A DNA stretch of 64,000 nucleotides from Campylobacter sp. MIT 12-8780 (lineage in GTDB: Bacteria; Campylobacterota; Campylobacteria; Campylobacterales; Campylobacteraceae): NCBI RefSeq assembly GCF_006864535.1, contig NZ_QHLL01000001.1:129597-193596 (forward strand). The letters are read 5' to 3'. Both the position numbers and the translations under genes were made by a program. Under the pieces are notes generated by a model. The model saw nothing but the letters and a program-made list of their open reading frames with translations, searched no databases and was not told the DNA's origin. This document shows, piece after piece, positions 8,647 through 17,703 of the stretch; the first letter of the stretch is position 1, and each line of letters begins with the position of its first letter.

Positions 8647-10422
8647 TTGCTTAAAAAGCTTGATTTAAATGAGTATAAAAAGATCATTACTTTAATTTTT
8701 ATGGTGATTTTAGCCTATATTTTGGTGGTATTTTCTCAACTTGCAACGATTTTGGCTGGGGTGGCGATCTTACTCATCGGTATGATGAATTTAAGCACTG
8801 GTTTTAAGGCTTTTGGTGGTGGTTTTCTTGAAAAAATTCTTGCTAAATTTACAGATACTAAGCTTAAAAGCACTTCTTTTGGGGCTATTAGCACGCTTAT
8901 TATGCAGTCTTCTTCTTTGGTTTCTGTCATTACTATCTCTTTTCTTTCAGCTGGACTTATCACACTTGTGCAAGGCATTGGCATTATATTTGGTGCAAAT
9001 TTAGGCAACACAGCAAGTTCATGGATCATCGTGGGCTTAACTAGCACTAAAATTTCTACACTTGCTGTGCCTTTGATCGTGATTGGGGTTTTGCTGTATT
9101 TTCAACAAGATAGCTTGTTTAAGGGCTTGGGTTCGATTTTTATTGGTATTGGTTTTTTCTTTTTGGGTGTGGATTATATCAAAAATGGCTTTGAAAATGT
9201 GAAAGAAATTTTAAATTTAGCTCGTTTTAATTTTGAAGGCTTTAAAGGCATTCTCATTTTTGCAGCACTTGGAGCCTTGCTTACTGGCGTGATACAATCA
9301 AGCACAGCAACAATAGCTCTTATCATCTCAGCCCTACTTTCAGAGCAAATCAGCTACGAAAACGCCCTAGCAGCCACACTTGGCACAAGTGTAGGTGGCG
9401 TCGTTACCGCACTCTTAGCCTCGCTTGGCACAAATATAGAAGGCAAAAAACTTGCTTTTGCAAACTGCATTTTTAACTTTGCTATCGCTATCATCGTGCT
9501 GGCGGTTTTTCCGTATTTTGTGCGTTTGGTTGATCTTATCGCTAGCTTACTTCATATCTCACAAGACAATCTTACGCTTAAAACAGCTTTATTTCATACC
9601 TTGTTTAACCTCATCGCGATCATCATCTTTACGCCTTATAGTGAAAAAATCGTCCGCTATCTTAACAAAAAAATCAAAGCACCAAAAGACAAAAACAAAG
9701 ACAAGCCACTTTATCTTGATGAAAATTTGATTAAGTATAGCGACACAGCCATTGCTGCCCTTGAAAAAGAAAGTATGCATTTGTATGAAAACACCTCAAC
9801 AATCATCATCTATACCATAGGCTTAAGTCGTGGCGATATAGGAGGCACAAAGAGTTTTGATGAGATTATCAAGGCTAAAAAATGGGTGAATAAAAATGTG
9901 GATTTGGATTATTTATACAAAAGCAAGATTAAGGTGCTTTTTGAAGCCATTATCGACTTTTCAACAAAAGTGCAACTTTATGTTGATGATGAAGCCAAAA
10001 ATAATAGAATTTTCCAGCTCAAACTCGCCGCTAAACACCTCAGTGAAGCAAGTAAAAATCTTAAAATCATTCAAGGCAATATGAAAAAATACGCTAATTC
10101 AAACAACCCTGATCTAGCTTCGCAGTATCATTTTATGAGGATTAACCTAGGCGAGCTTTTAAGAAGTATTGAAGAGTTAAGAAAAGTCGATGAAGAAAAG
10201 GCGTATTTGATCGTTAAAAACTTTGAAAAAGCCAAAATTATGCTTAAAGAAGTGGATAATGAGTCTTTAAAACAGATCGAAAATCTCATCTCAAAAGGCA
10301 AAATTAGCACCGCAGAAGGCATTTCTATACTCAATGATACAGCCTTTAGCGCACAAATAGCCCAAGAGATCATCGAAGCTATAGAAATCATCTTTACCAA
10401 AGATGAGTGGGAGAAAAAATAA
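8647..10422 (+). CDS. Na+/phosphate cotransporter family protein (NptA-like with C-terminal PhoU-like domain)
   Basis: 591 aa. Multiple transmembrane helices with duplicated NaPi-II repeats, and a hydrophilic helical C-terminus. TTG start with an AAGGAG Shine-Dalgarno at 8634..8639. Confidence 0.75.
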   Translation: MLKKLDLNEYKKIITLIFMVILAYILVVFSQLATILAGVAILLIGMMNLSTGFKAFGGGFLEKILAKFTDTKLKSTSFGAISTLIMQSSSLVSVITISFLSAGLITLVQGIGIIFGANLGNTASSWIIVGLTSTKISTLAVPLIVIGVLLYFQQDSLFKGLGSIFIGIGFFFLGVDYIKNGFENVKEILNLARFNFEGFKGILIFAALGALLTGVIQSSTATIALIISALLSEQISYENALAATLGTSVGGVVTALLASLGTNIEGKKLAFANCIFNFAIAIIVLAVFPYFVRLVDLIASLLHISQDNLTLKTALFHTLFNLIAIIIFTPYSEKIVRYLNKKIKAPKDKNKDKPLYLDENLIKYSDTAIAALEKESMHLYENTSTIIIYTIGLSRGDIGGTKSFDEIIKAKKWVNKNVDLDYLYKSKIKVLFEAIIDFSTKVQLYVDDEAKNNRIFQLKLAAKHLSEASKNLKIIQGNMKKYANSNNPDLASQYHFMRINLGELLRSIEELRKVDEEKAYLIVKNFEKAKIMLKEVDNESLKQIENLISKGKISTAEGISILNDTAFSAQIAQEIIEAIEIIFTKDEWEKK

Positions 10423-10535
10423 AAAAATGACAAAGCTTAAGCACAAAAGCGATAAAAATTTAAAAAATTTGAAAGCAAGCTTATAAAAACTTGCTTTCAT
10501 TCAAAATTTATGAAAGAGATGAAGTTATGCAGGGC

Positions 10536-12182
10536 TTAGAATTTGTATTTAAACTCTACATAATAATTTCTGCCATCAGCTGGCAAGACTGAAGTTGTAG
10601 TAACACCTTGCATGGTGCTTGTACTTTGTGAAAGATAGTATTTATAATCAAAGAGATTTTTCACACCTGCAAAAACGCTAAGCTTCTCATAAGTATAAGT
10701 TGCTCCTATATCAGTAACAAAATGTTCTTTGATCCAGTATTGATTATTTTGATCCTCTCTTGCTTTTGAAGCATAGATCAAGTCAGCAAACACTCTTAAA
10801 TCACTAATGATCTCATAATCAGCTCCAACACTTACCTTATAAGCTGAAACAAAAGGAATTCTTTTCTTGTCTAAATCCCCTCCTGAAATACGCGCATCAA
10901 CATAAGAGAAATTCTCATAAAAACTAAAGCCGTCAAAGTCTTGTCTAGCGTTGATATCTACACCATAGCGGATTGTTTTGTCAAGATTGTAAAAACCAAA
11001 GCCATTTTGAGATAAGTGGAAATTTGAACCGCTTGATCTTGAGGTGATCTCATCTTTGCTTTGAGTATAATAAAGTGCGATATCAAGCCCATAAAAACCA
11101 AAAAGATAATCGCTCATTCCAAGTTCATAAGTATCATAAGTTTCTGATTTTAAATTATCATTCATTGAATATTGCGTTGTTGCAGTACCCCCTACCATTA
11201 CCCTTCTACTTTGTCTAAACTGATAAGGTGTTGGTGAGATATAGCCTCGTTCATATTTAGCATAAAAACGTCCAGTGTCAGAGTAAGCAAAACTTGGAGT
11301 AAGCTCTAAAGCAAAGTTGTTGCTATTTGTATCAAAAACACTTCTATAAGTTTGCACGCCTGTAGTTGAGCTTGCACCTCTACTTGATTGATCGTATTTT
11401 GCATACTCATATCTTGCCCCACCACTTAATACAAAAAAATCATTAAACTGATGTGAGTCAAGAGCAAAGATAGAATGTGTATCCTTTCTATCATCAGCCC
11501 AAATATTTGAAAAGCTATTACTAAAGGTAACTGATTTGTGTCGCTCAAAGTTATATCCAAAGACAAAATATGAATTTTGCATATAATCAATCTTTGATTT
11601 AAGGCTTATGCCTTGCACGCTATCTTCAAAATTTCCACTACTAAAAAGACCGGTATCACCTTCTGCGATATCAACTTGTTGTTTTTGCCAAAACGCTTGT
11701 GCGTTAATATCCCATATATCACTTAGACTAACTTTATATTCAGTATTAAACTCTGGGCGAGTAATGTTATAAGAGTTGTTTGTGCTTCCTCTTTGCTTAG
11801 GATTGTCTTCAGCTTGAGCCTTTGTGATTGCGGATGTATTTTTTGTGCTATCCTTAAAATACCCAAAACCAAAATTCAAGCTTTGTCTATCATCTATATC
11901 AACATAAAGCTTTGTTTTTGCATAAAAGCCATTATCTTTATCGCCATCTCTATAACCTTCTCCGCCAAAGCCACTGATATTGGCTGAAAAAGCTAAATTT
12001 TGACTGATTTGATTTGAAAAGTTTAGATTAAGATGAGAAGAAGCATTACCGCTATCAAAAATTTGTTCTTTAAAACTTATAGAAGCTTGAGGGGTTTTGT
12101 TTTTCTTAGTAATGATGTTAATTGCCCCCCCCCCTCGTGCCATTTCCGTAAAGCACAGCTCCACCACCGGGGATAATCTCAA
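10536..12182 (-). CDS. TonB-dependent receptor, C-terminal beta-barrel portion (downstream part of a phase-variable gene)
   Basis: 548 aa ending in ...YYVEFKYKF with a terminal aromatic residue, and alternating beta-strand pattern. Its 5' end overlaps the plug-domain ORF at a G10 tract. Confidence 0.8.
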   Translation of the reverse strand: MRLSPVVELCFTEMARGGGAINIITKKNKTPQASISFKEQIFDSGNASSHLNLNFSNQISQNLAFSANISGFGGEGYRDGDKDNGFYAKTKLYVDIDDRQSLNFGFGYFKDSTKNTSAITKAQAEDNPKQRGSTNNSYNITRPEFNTEYKVSLSDIWDINAQAFWQKQQVDIAEGDTGLFSSGNFEDSVQGISLKSKIDYMQNSYFVFGYNFERHKSVTFSNSFSNIWADDRKDTHSIFALDSHQFNDFFVLSGGARYEYAKYDQSSRGASSTTGVQTYRSVFDTNSNNFALELTPSFAYSDTGRFYAKYERGYISPTPYQFRQSRRVMVGGTATTQYSMNDNLKSETYDTYELGMSDYLFGFYGLDIALYYTQSKDEITSRSSGSNFHLSQNGFGFYNLDKTIRYGVDINARQDFDGFSFYENFSYVDARISGGDLDKKRIPFVSAYKVSVGADYEIISDLRVFADLIYASKAREDQNNQYWIKEHFVTDIGATYTYEKLSVFAGVKNLFDYKYYLSQSTSTMQGVTTTSVLPADGRNYYVEFKYKF

Positions 12183-12657
12183 TACGTTCTATATCTTCAA
12201 TCGCTACGCTATCAAGCGGACTTATCGCTACGCCAGCTGCATGTAGCTTTTCTTGATCAAGCACATTCAGTGTTACACCATCTATCATCACCTTAACAGC
12301 AGCATTAGCTCTATTACCTTGCCCCCTCATATCCACATTGGTGCTTTTATTGGTAAAATTTCCAGTTCTATTAAACTGCACGCCAGCTTGACGACTCAAA
12401 GCCTCTTCAACAGAGGTATAGCCTTTATCCTCAAGATCTTTACCTGAAATAACGATAACATTTCTTAAATTACTATCAGCATCTTGTTCAAAACCAGTCG
12501 CAGAAATGACAACATTATCTGTCTTTAAAGCCGTTTCTGCTAAAGCTAAATGAGCTAAAAGTATAGAAGAATACGCTAAGGTTTTTGATATTTTCATATT
12601 TTTCCTTAAAAAATAAAATCTCAAAATTATGTTATAGCTGATAATAACTAATATCAT
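12118..12657 (-). CDS. TonB-dependent receptor, N-terminal signal peptide plus plug domain (upstream part of a phase-variable gene; currently frameshifted)
   Basis: 179 aa with a signal peptide and plug motifs (VVISATGFEQ, IERIEIIPGGGAVLYG). The frame ends 4 codons after the homopolymer. Confidence 0.8.
   Translation of the reverse strand: MILVIISYNIILRFYFLRKNMKISKTLAYSSILLAHLALAETALKTDNVVISATGFEQDADSNLRNVIVISGKDLEDKGYTSVEEALSRQAGVQFNRTGNFTNKSTNVDMRGQGNRANAAVKVMIDGVTLNVLDQEKLHAAGVAISPLDSVAIEDIERIEIIPGGGAVLYGNGTRGGGN
12125..12134 (-). repeat. intragenic homopolymeric G10 (coding strand) contingency tract in the TonB-dependent receptor gene
   Basis: 10 consecutive C on the + strand. The plug ORF is in frame +1 relative to the barrel ORF. 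A 9-G tract would fuse them (…GTRGG-AINIITKK…). Confidence 0.9.
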
Positions 12658-12918
12658 AATATTGACGAAAAATTATAAAAATAAAAGGATTAAAAGTAAC
12701 TTAAACTTGAAAAGAAAATTTAATTTTAATATAAAAATTTAACAAGCTAAAACAAAACGCATTTTCACAAATCCTAAAAAAGTGTTTATTTTAAAGCAAG
12801 ATTAAGAAAGCTTTAAATGTAGCTTGCTAGAATTTAGCACAAAATATAAAAAATCAAGCAAAAATATCTTAAGATATGATAATCTTATCAAACTAGCCAA
12901 AGAAAAAGGAGTGTTTGT

Positions 12919-13377
12919 ATGCAAACAGCGGTTTTAAATACGCAAGATGATTTTCTTGACATTAAAGCTGTGCTTAATTTTTTACAAAAATGCACGATAG
13001 AGCTAATAACAAAACTCAAAGAGCAACTCAAAACAAAACAATACAATACACTTTGCATTAAACTTGACTATGAAATGCAAAATCTTGCTGATGTGCTTTG
13101 TGAGATTGATACTCCAATCATTGAAAAGGAGCTTAGGGATTGTCTTGTTTTTTTCAAAAAAGAACTTGAAAAATTCAATCTTTCTATGTTAAAACAAATA
13201 AAAAAGACAGACAATAAAAGCAAAAAATACGATGAAAAGCTATTTTACAGCTCTTTGGCTTTACTTGAAATTCTTAATTTTTCGCTTAATGATGAGCTTA
13301 TGCGTTTTAGTGGTGGCTATCAAAAACAAAAAGATTTAAGTAAATTTGGAAAACAAATCCACAATGCAAAATACTAA
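12919..13377 (+). CDS. hypothetical protein
   Basis: 152 aa ORF with a GGAG Shine-Dalgarno. Helical and charged, with no recognisable motif. Confidence 0.45.
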   Translation: MQTAVLNTQDDFLDIKAVLNFLQKCTIELITKLKEQLKTKQYNTLCIKLDYEMQNLADVLCEIDTPIIEKELRDCLVFFKKELEKFNLSMLKQIKKTDNKSKKYDEKLFYSSLALLEILNFSLNDELMRFSGGYQKQKDLSKFGKQIHNAKY

Positions 13378-13456
13378 CACCATTCTTAAGCTTTTTGAAA
13401 ATATACGAAAACATTGTCTTAGCAAAAAGCCATAGGAGCTTTTATGCCAGGGGGTT

Positions 13457-13648
13457 TTGTATCAATGGGACTATATCGAAGAAAGCCTTAAAAAGCTAAA
13501 AAAGCCTTGCAGTATCTATGAATTTTTAGAGTTGTGTTTTCTTCCGTGCAAGATAAGCAAAGCAGAAATCAAAAAGATATGCGATCATCTAAGTGAATAC
13601 AAAAATATCAAAAATGCGTTAAATCTTTGTTGCAATCATATCATATAA
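13457..13648 (+). CDS. small cysteine-rich hypothetical protein (possibly a gene remnant)
   Basis: 63 aa with a TTG start and 7 Cys residues. No Shine-Dalgarno evident. Confidence 0.25.
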   Translation: MYQWDYIEESLKKLKKPCSIYEFLELCFLPCKISKAEIKKICDHLSEYKNIKNALNLCCNHII

Positions 13649-13664
13649 AACAAATTTAAGCCTT

Positions 13665-14915
13665 TTAATTATCCGCCTTAAAAAGCACTTTGCCTTTGAT
13701 GATATGGGCTTTAAGTTCGCCAAATAGCTTATCATTTGCATATAAGCTTGTTTTTACAGGATAAAAGCTCGTTTTTTCATCAAAAAGCACGAGATTAGCA
13801 AGCTTTCCAACGGCTATTTTACCGCTGTTTAAGCCTAAAAACTGGGCTTGGTTAAAGCTTGTATAATCACAAAGTTCTTCCCAGCTCATAAAGCCTTCTT
13901 TGACTAAAAAAGTATAGCAAAGGCTTATGTATTCGCAGATTGAATGAATTCCAAAGTCAGCTTCATTAAAGGCTAAGTCTTTAAAAGTGATTGATTTTGG
14001 GCTATGATCTGCACTTAAAAAGCTGATTTTACCAGCTTTTAAGGCTTGTTTTAACGCGCAAGCATTTTCTTTGCTTCTTAAAGGTGGCATAAGTTTAGCA
14101 AAACTGTTAAAGCCCTTGCACGCTTCATCGCTTTTAAGCAGATGATGAATGCTAACTTGTGTCTTATCTTTTGCGTCTAATAAACGCAAAGATGAAGCAA
14201 GGCTAAGCTTATCATACACAAGCTCAACGCCATAAAACTCAGCAATTTGCTTCATTTTTGCTACCTCGCTAAGCTCTCCTACTTCACTAATGCCAACAAG
14301 TCCTAATTCAAAGCTTGTAGGGCTATCATTCATCACGCCATTATCATCAAAATGTGCTTCAAAACAAAAGCTAAAGATAGGAATTTTTTTCATCAAAGCA
14401 TATTGCATACTCATTCTTAAAGAATTCGCATCAAGCGAGCTTTGAAGCTCCAAAGCCTTTGCTCCTTTGTTGATTAAAGTGGCTAAATTTTTAATCTTTT
14501 TTTCATCATCAAGCACATTTATGCTTGGGAAAATTTCTATAAGATTGTGCTTTAAGGCTTGTAAAAACAAAGCAAAGCTTTGGGTATCAAAGTTCATCTT
14601 ATCTCGAAGCATGATAGATGATATGCCAGATTTTAAGCATTCGTTTTGCAAAAGCTCTAAATTTTCAAGACTGAAGGTATCATTTTTAAGATTGACATCA
14701 AGATCGATAAAAGAAGGAAGCAAGCTTAAATCATTTGCATAAAGCACTTCTTCATCATTTTTGGGGCTTAGATTTGGTGCGATTTGTGCGATTGTCTCGC
14801 CTTCAATCCTTACATCAGCTTGCTCTTGTCCGTAAATTTTAGCATTTTTAATGAGCATGGCAGTCATTCCTTCGCAGTTTTGATTAAAAAATATTGTAGC
14901 ATAAGTGCGTATCAA
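13665..14915 (-). CDS. dihydroorotase-like amidohydrolase (PyrC-like; probably non-catalytic)
   Basis: 416 aa amidohydrolase fold. In place of the type I DHOase D-x-H-x-H motif it has FIDLDVNLKN. The C-terminus is DHOase-like (GKLANLVLFD). The true start may be the internal ATG (MTAMLIKNAKIYG). Confidence 0.65.
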   Translation of the reverse strand: MIRTYATIFFNQNCEGMTAMLIKNAKIYGQEQADVRIEGETIAQIAPNLSPKNDEEVLYANDLSLLPSFIDLDVNLKNDTFSLENLELLQNECLKSGISSIMLRDKMNFDTQSFALFLQALKHNLIEIFPSINVLDDEKKIKNLATLINKGAKALELQSSLDANSLRMSMQYALMKKIPIFSFCFEAHFDDNGVMNDSPTSFELGLVGISEVGELSEVAKMKQIAEFYGVELVYDKLSLASSLRLLDAKDKTQVSIHHLLKSDEACKGFNSFAKLMPPLRSKENACALKQALKAGKISFLSADHSPKSITFKDLAFNEADFGIHSICEYISLCYTFLVKEGFMSWEELCDYTSFNQAQFLGLNSGKIAVGKLANLVLFDEKTSFYPVKTSLYANDKLFGELKAHIIKGKVLFKADN

Positions 14916-14977
14916 TTTGTATTATTTTTAGCCCTAAGCTTTGGTATTTTTTATATCAAGTAAAAACTTTAAGGCAT

Positions 14978-16354
14978 TTAAACTAATTTTTGCAAAAATG
15001 CCCTACTTTGGGATTCAATTTGCTTAATATCATCGATGATTGCGTCATGAGTTTGCTTATCAATCATCGTTTGTTCGCAAAGTTTAAGTGAGCTTTGCAC
15101 TTTTTCTTCGATGAGTTTTTTGCTCTTTTCAAGCTCTTGTGCTGAGATAAATTTTGAGATGACAGCTTTAATCTGCTCATTATGTGCATATAAATTTGAG
15201 ATTGGATCTTGATTGTTGATATGATCTTTAGCCTGATTTAAACTCAAATACACGCTTGATTTGTAAAGTATATGCTCGATCTTAACAGCACTTTGCACCA
15301 AATTTTGAGCAAAATGTTGAAATTCTTGATTAAGATTTAAACTATTGGTTTTTAGCTCTTCAAAAGCCGAGCTAAAGCGAGAAATTTTTTCTTCAGAATC
15401 ACGAGCTATAGAAAACACCTTTTGCGTGCCTTGCTCGACATCATCAAAGTTTTGCTGCATAGCTGCGATAGCTGCGCTGATCTCAGTGGTTGATTTTTGC
15501 GTTCTTTCGGCTAAATTTCGCACCTCATCAGCCACTACCGCAAAGCCTCTACCATGCTCGCCAGCACGCGCTGCTTCAATGGCTGCGTTTAGCGCTAAAA
15601 GATTGGTTTGCTCGGCTATATCTTTAATCACCTCAACGATCATTGAAATGCTTTTAGAACTTTGGGCAAACTCTTGCACGCTTTCTTGGCTTGAACTTGC
15701 CACTTCGCTTAAAAGATGAATGAAGCTTTGCAAAGCATCAACTTCATCTGCGCTCGTTTTTGAGATATCTAAAATCGAGCTAATATTTTCGCTCACTACT
15801 CGCATAGAGTTTATATCATCATTAAGCGAAGATGAAATTTGAGCTAAATCTGTGTTTTGATTGCTTAAACTAAGATCAAGCAAGGTTTTAGAAAGGGCAT
15901 TTTTAAAAAAGGTTTTAGCTGTTTTTTCTATATCGCTTAAGGCTTCATTTGTAAAGTCTATGTTTCGCACAAAAATACCTTTTAAGCCCTTTCTCAAAGC
16001 TTTTCGGTAGAACTCGTGTTTTGAAGAGCAAGTGATAGAAGTGTTAATCTCCCTTAAATATGCTTCTAAGCCGTCTATGGTATTGTTTAAATTATCGCAA
16101 AACTCGATCAGCTTTTTATTTGCAGAGTCTAAATATACTATTCTTCCGTCAAAATTGCCATTTTTAAGCTCTCTTGAAAGCTCTAAAAGCTTAGTGATAA
16201 GCTTTTCATCTTTTTGATATGAAAATAAAGCCAAAATACAAAGCAAAACTCCAATACAAAGCAAGCCAGCAAATACAAAATACTGCATAATCAAAGCAAG
16301 CACAAAGCAAGCAGCGAAAAAAATAAGTTGTGCGTATATAATCTTTTTCATCAT
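14978..16354 (-). CDS. cetA: methyl-accepting chemotaxis protein, membrane-anchored transducer without a periplasmic sensor (CetA-like)
   Basis: 458 aa. N-terminal hairpin transmembrane region, HAMP-like segment, and the highly conserved MCP signalling motif [34 protein letters not shown]. Both size and architecture match C. jejuni CetA. Confidence 0.75.
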   Translation of the reverse strand: MMKKIIYAQLIFFAACFVLALIMQYFVFAGLLCIGVLLCILALFSYQKDEKLITKLLELSRELKNGNFDGRIVYLDSANKKLIEFCDNLNNTIDGLEAYLREINTSITCSSKHEFYRKALRKGLKGIFVRNIDFTNEALSDIEKTAKTFFKNALSKTLLDLSLSNQNTDLAQISSSLNDDINSMRVVSENISSILDISKTSADEVDALQSFIHLLSEVASSSQESVQEFAQSSKSISMIVEVIKDIAEQTNLLALNAAIEAARAGEHGRGFAVVADEVRNLAERTQKSTTEISAAIAAMQQNFDDVEQGTQKVFSIARDSEEKISRFSSAFEELKTNSLNLNQEFQHFAQNLVQSAVKIEHILYKSSVYLSLNQAKDHINNQDPISNLYAHNEQIKAVISKFISAQELEKSKKLIEEKVQSSLKLCEQTMIDKQTHDAIIDDIKQIESQSRAFLQKLV

Positions 16355-16360
16355 CTTGCC

Positions 16361-16858
16361 TTAAATTTCATTTCTTTGTAGTCTAAAAATCAGCTCATTA
16401 TAACTCATATTATAGCCTTTGATTATATCTTCAAGCTCTTTTACACCAGCTTCTAAGCCGTGTTTTTCTTCATAATCTTTTACTTTTTTATACACATCAC
16501 TCATTAAACCAAGATATTTGCGATTTGGCGCACGTCTAACAGAATAATACCCGATAATCTCGCCTTTTTCATTATGAGAAGGTGTGATATTTGTAAAAAC
16601 CCAATAAAATCCACCATTTTTACGCTTATTTTTTACAAAAGCAAAAAATTCCTTATCATCTTGTATATAATCCCAAAGCACCTTAAATGCTGCTTTTGGC
16701 ATATCAGGATGACGGATAATGTTATGATTTTTATGGATAAGTTCTCTTATAGAATACCCAGAATAAAAAACAAAATCATCATTTGCGTAGGTTATATAGC
16801 CTTTTAAATCCGTTTTTGAAGTGATTAAGGTTGTGTCTTTAACTATGATTTCATCCAT
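16361..16858 (-). CDS. cetB: PAS-domain energy-taxis sensor protein (CetB/CetC-like)
   Basis: 165 aa Aer-type PAS domain (ITYANDDFVFYSGYSIRELIHKNHNIIRHPDMP...GGFYWVFTNITP). It sits immediately upstream of the cetA-like MCP gene. Confidence 0.7.
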   Translation of the reverse strand: MDEIIVKDTTLITSKTDLKGYITYANDDFVFYSGYSIRELIHKNHNIIRHPDMPKAAFKVLWDYIQDDKEFFAFVKNKRKNGGFYWVFTNITPSHNEKGEIIGYYSVRRAPNRKYLGLMSDVYKKVKDYEEKHGLEAGVKELEDIIKGYNMSYNELIFRLQRNEI

Positions 16859-16994
16859 TATAAAACCCTATTTTTAAAATGTTTAATTAAATATTTTTTG
16901 CAAAAATGATATGTAGTATATAAAAATATATATAAAATTTATCTTTAAATACCTTCGTTTTAAAACTATTTTTCTTTAAAAGTGTTGATTTTAA

Positions 16995-17552
16995 TCATTT
17001 TTTACAATAATACACAAAAGCTGGCGGGATATTTTGCCACACAATCTTAGAAATTTTTACTTCTTTAAACAAAGAAAAAAGTTGCTTTTTAAAACGTCTT
17101 GCTGCAAGAGTTGGAAGTACATATGCAAAAGTAGAAAAATGCCCTCCTTCACTCAAACTTTCATAAAGCACATTTAAAAGCCTTTCTTGCTCTTTTGGCT
17201 TCAGCAAAGCCCAAGGAATGCCTGAAACTATAGTATCAAGACTTTTTATGTTTCTTTTTTGTATAAATTCTTTTAAATGATATGCTGAATTCACTTCTAT
17301 ATCGAGATTTTCAAAACGTTCTTGAAGTTTTTGAGCCATTTTCTGATCGATTTCTATCGCAAAAAAATTCGCCTCGTTTTTTTTCTTTTTTAAAATTTGT
17401 TTGGTAAAAGCACCTGTTCCAGCGCCTATTTCAACGATATTATCCGCTTCTTTAAGTCCTATATTTTCAGTGATAATAAAAGCAAGCTTGCCTGAACTTG
17501 AACACAAAGCTCCAACTTGCTTAGGATGTCTAACATAACGATAAATAAACAT
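16995..17552 (-). CDS. class I SAM-dependent methyltransferase
   Basis: 185 aa with methyltransferase motif I VEIGAGTGAFT. Confidence 0.65.
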   Translation of the reverse strand: MFIYRYVRHPKQVGALCSSSGKLAFIITENIGLKEADNIVEIGAGTGAFTKQILKKKKNEANFFAIEIDQKMAQKLQERFENLDIEVNSAYHLKEFIQKRNIKSLDTIVSGIPWALLKPKEQERLLNVLYESLSEGGHFSTFAYVLPTLAARRFKKQLFSLFKEVKISKIVWQNIPPAFVYYCKK

Positions 17553-17703
17553 TATCTACCTTTTTAAGCTTAAAATTAAAATGCGTCGCCATTATATATA
17601 ATAAAAGTGAATTAAATGTGAAAATTTAATCTGCTTATTATAAAAAATTTGTTAAGATATGCGGATTTTTTATTGGTAAAGACAAAAAACTTTAAGGAAA
17701 AAT

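Noticed and set aside
8736-10433. Multiple short ORFs on both strands inside the Na/Pi cotransporter gene
   Set aside because: All of them are contained within the 591-aa hydrophobic ORF, which has a strong Shine-Dalgarno and a coherent transmembrane topology.
13449-13453. G5 run (ccaggggg)
   Set aside because: Too short for slipped-strand phase variation, which typically needs 7-8 G or more. It is also not inside a convincing ORF.
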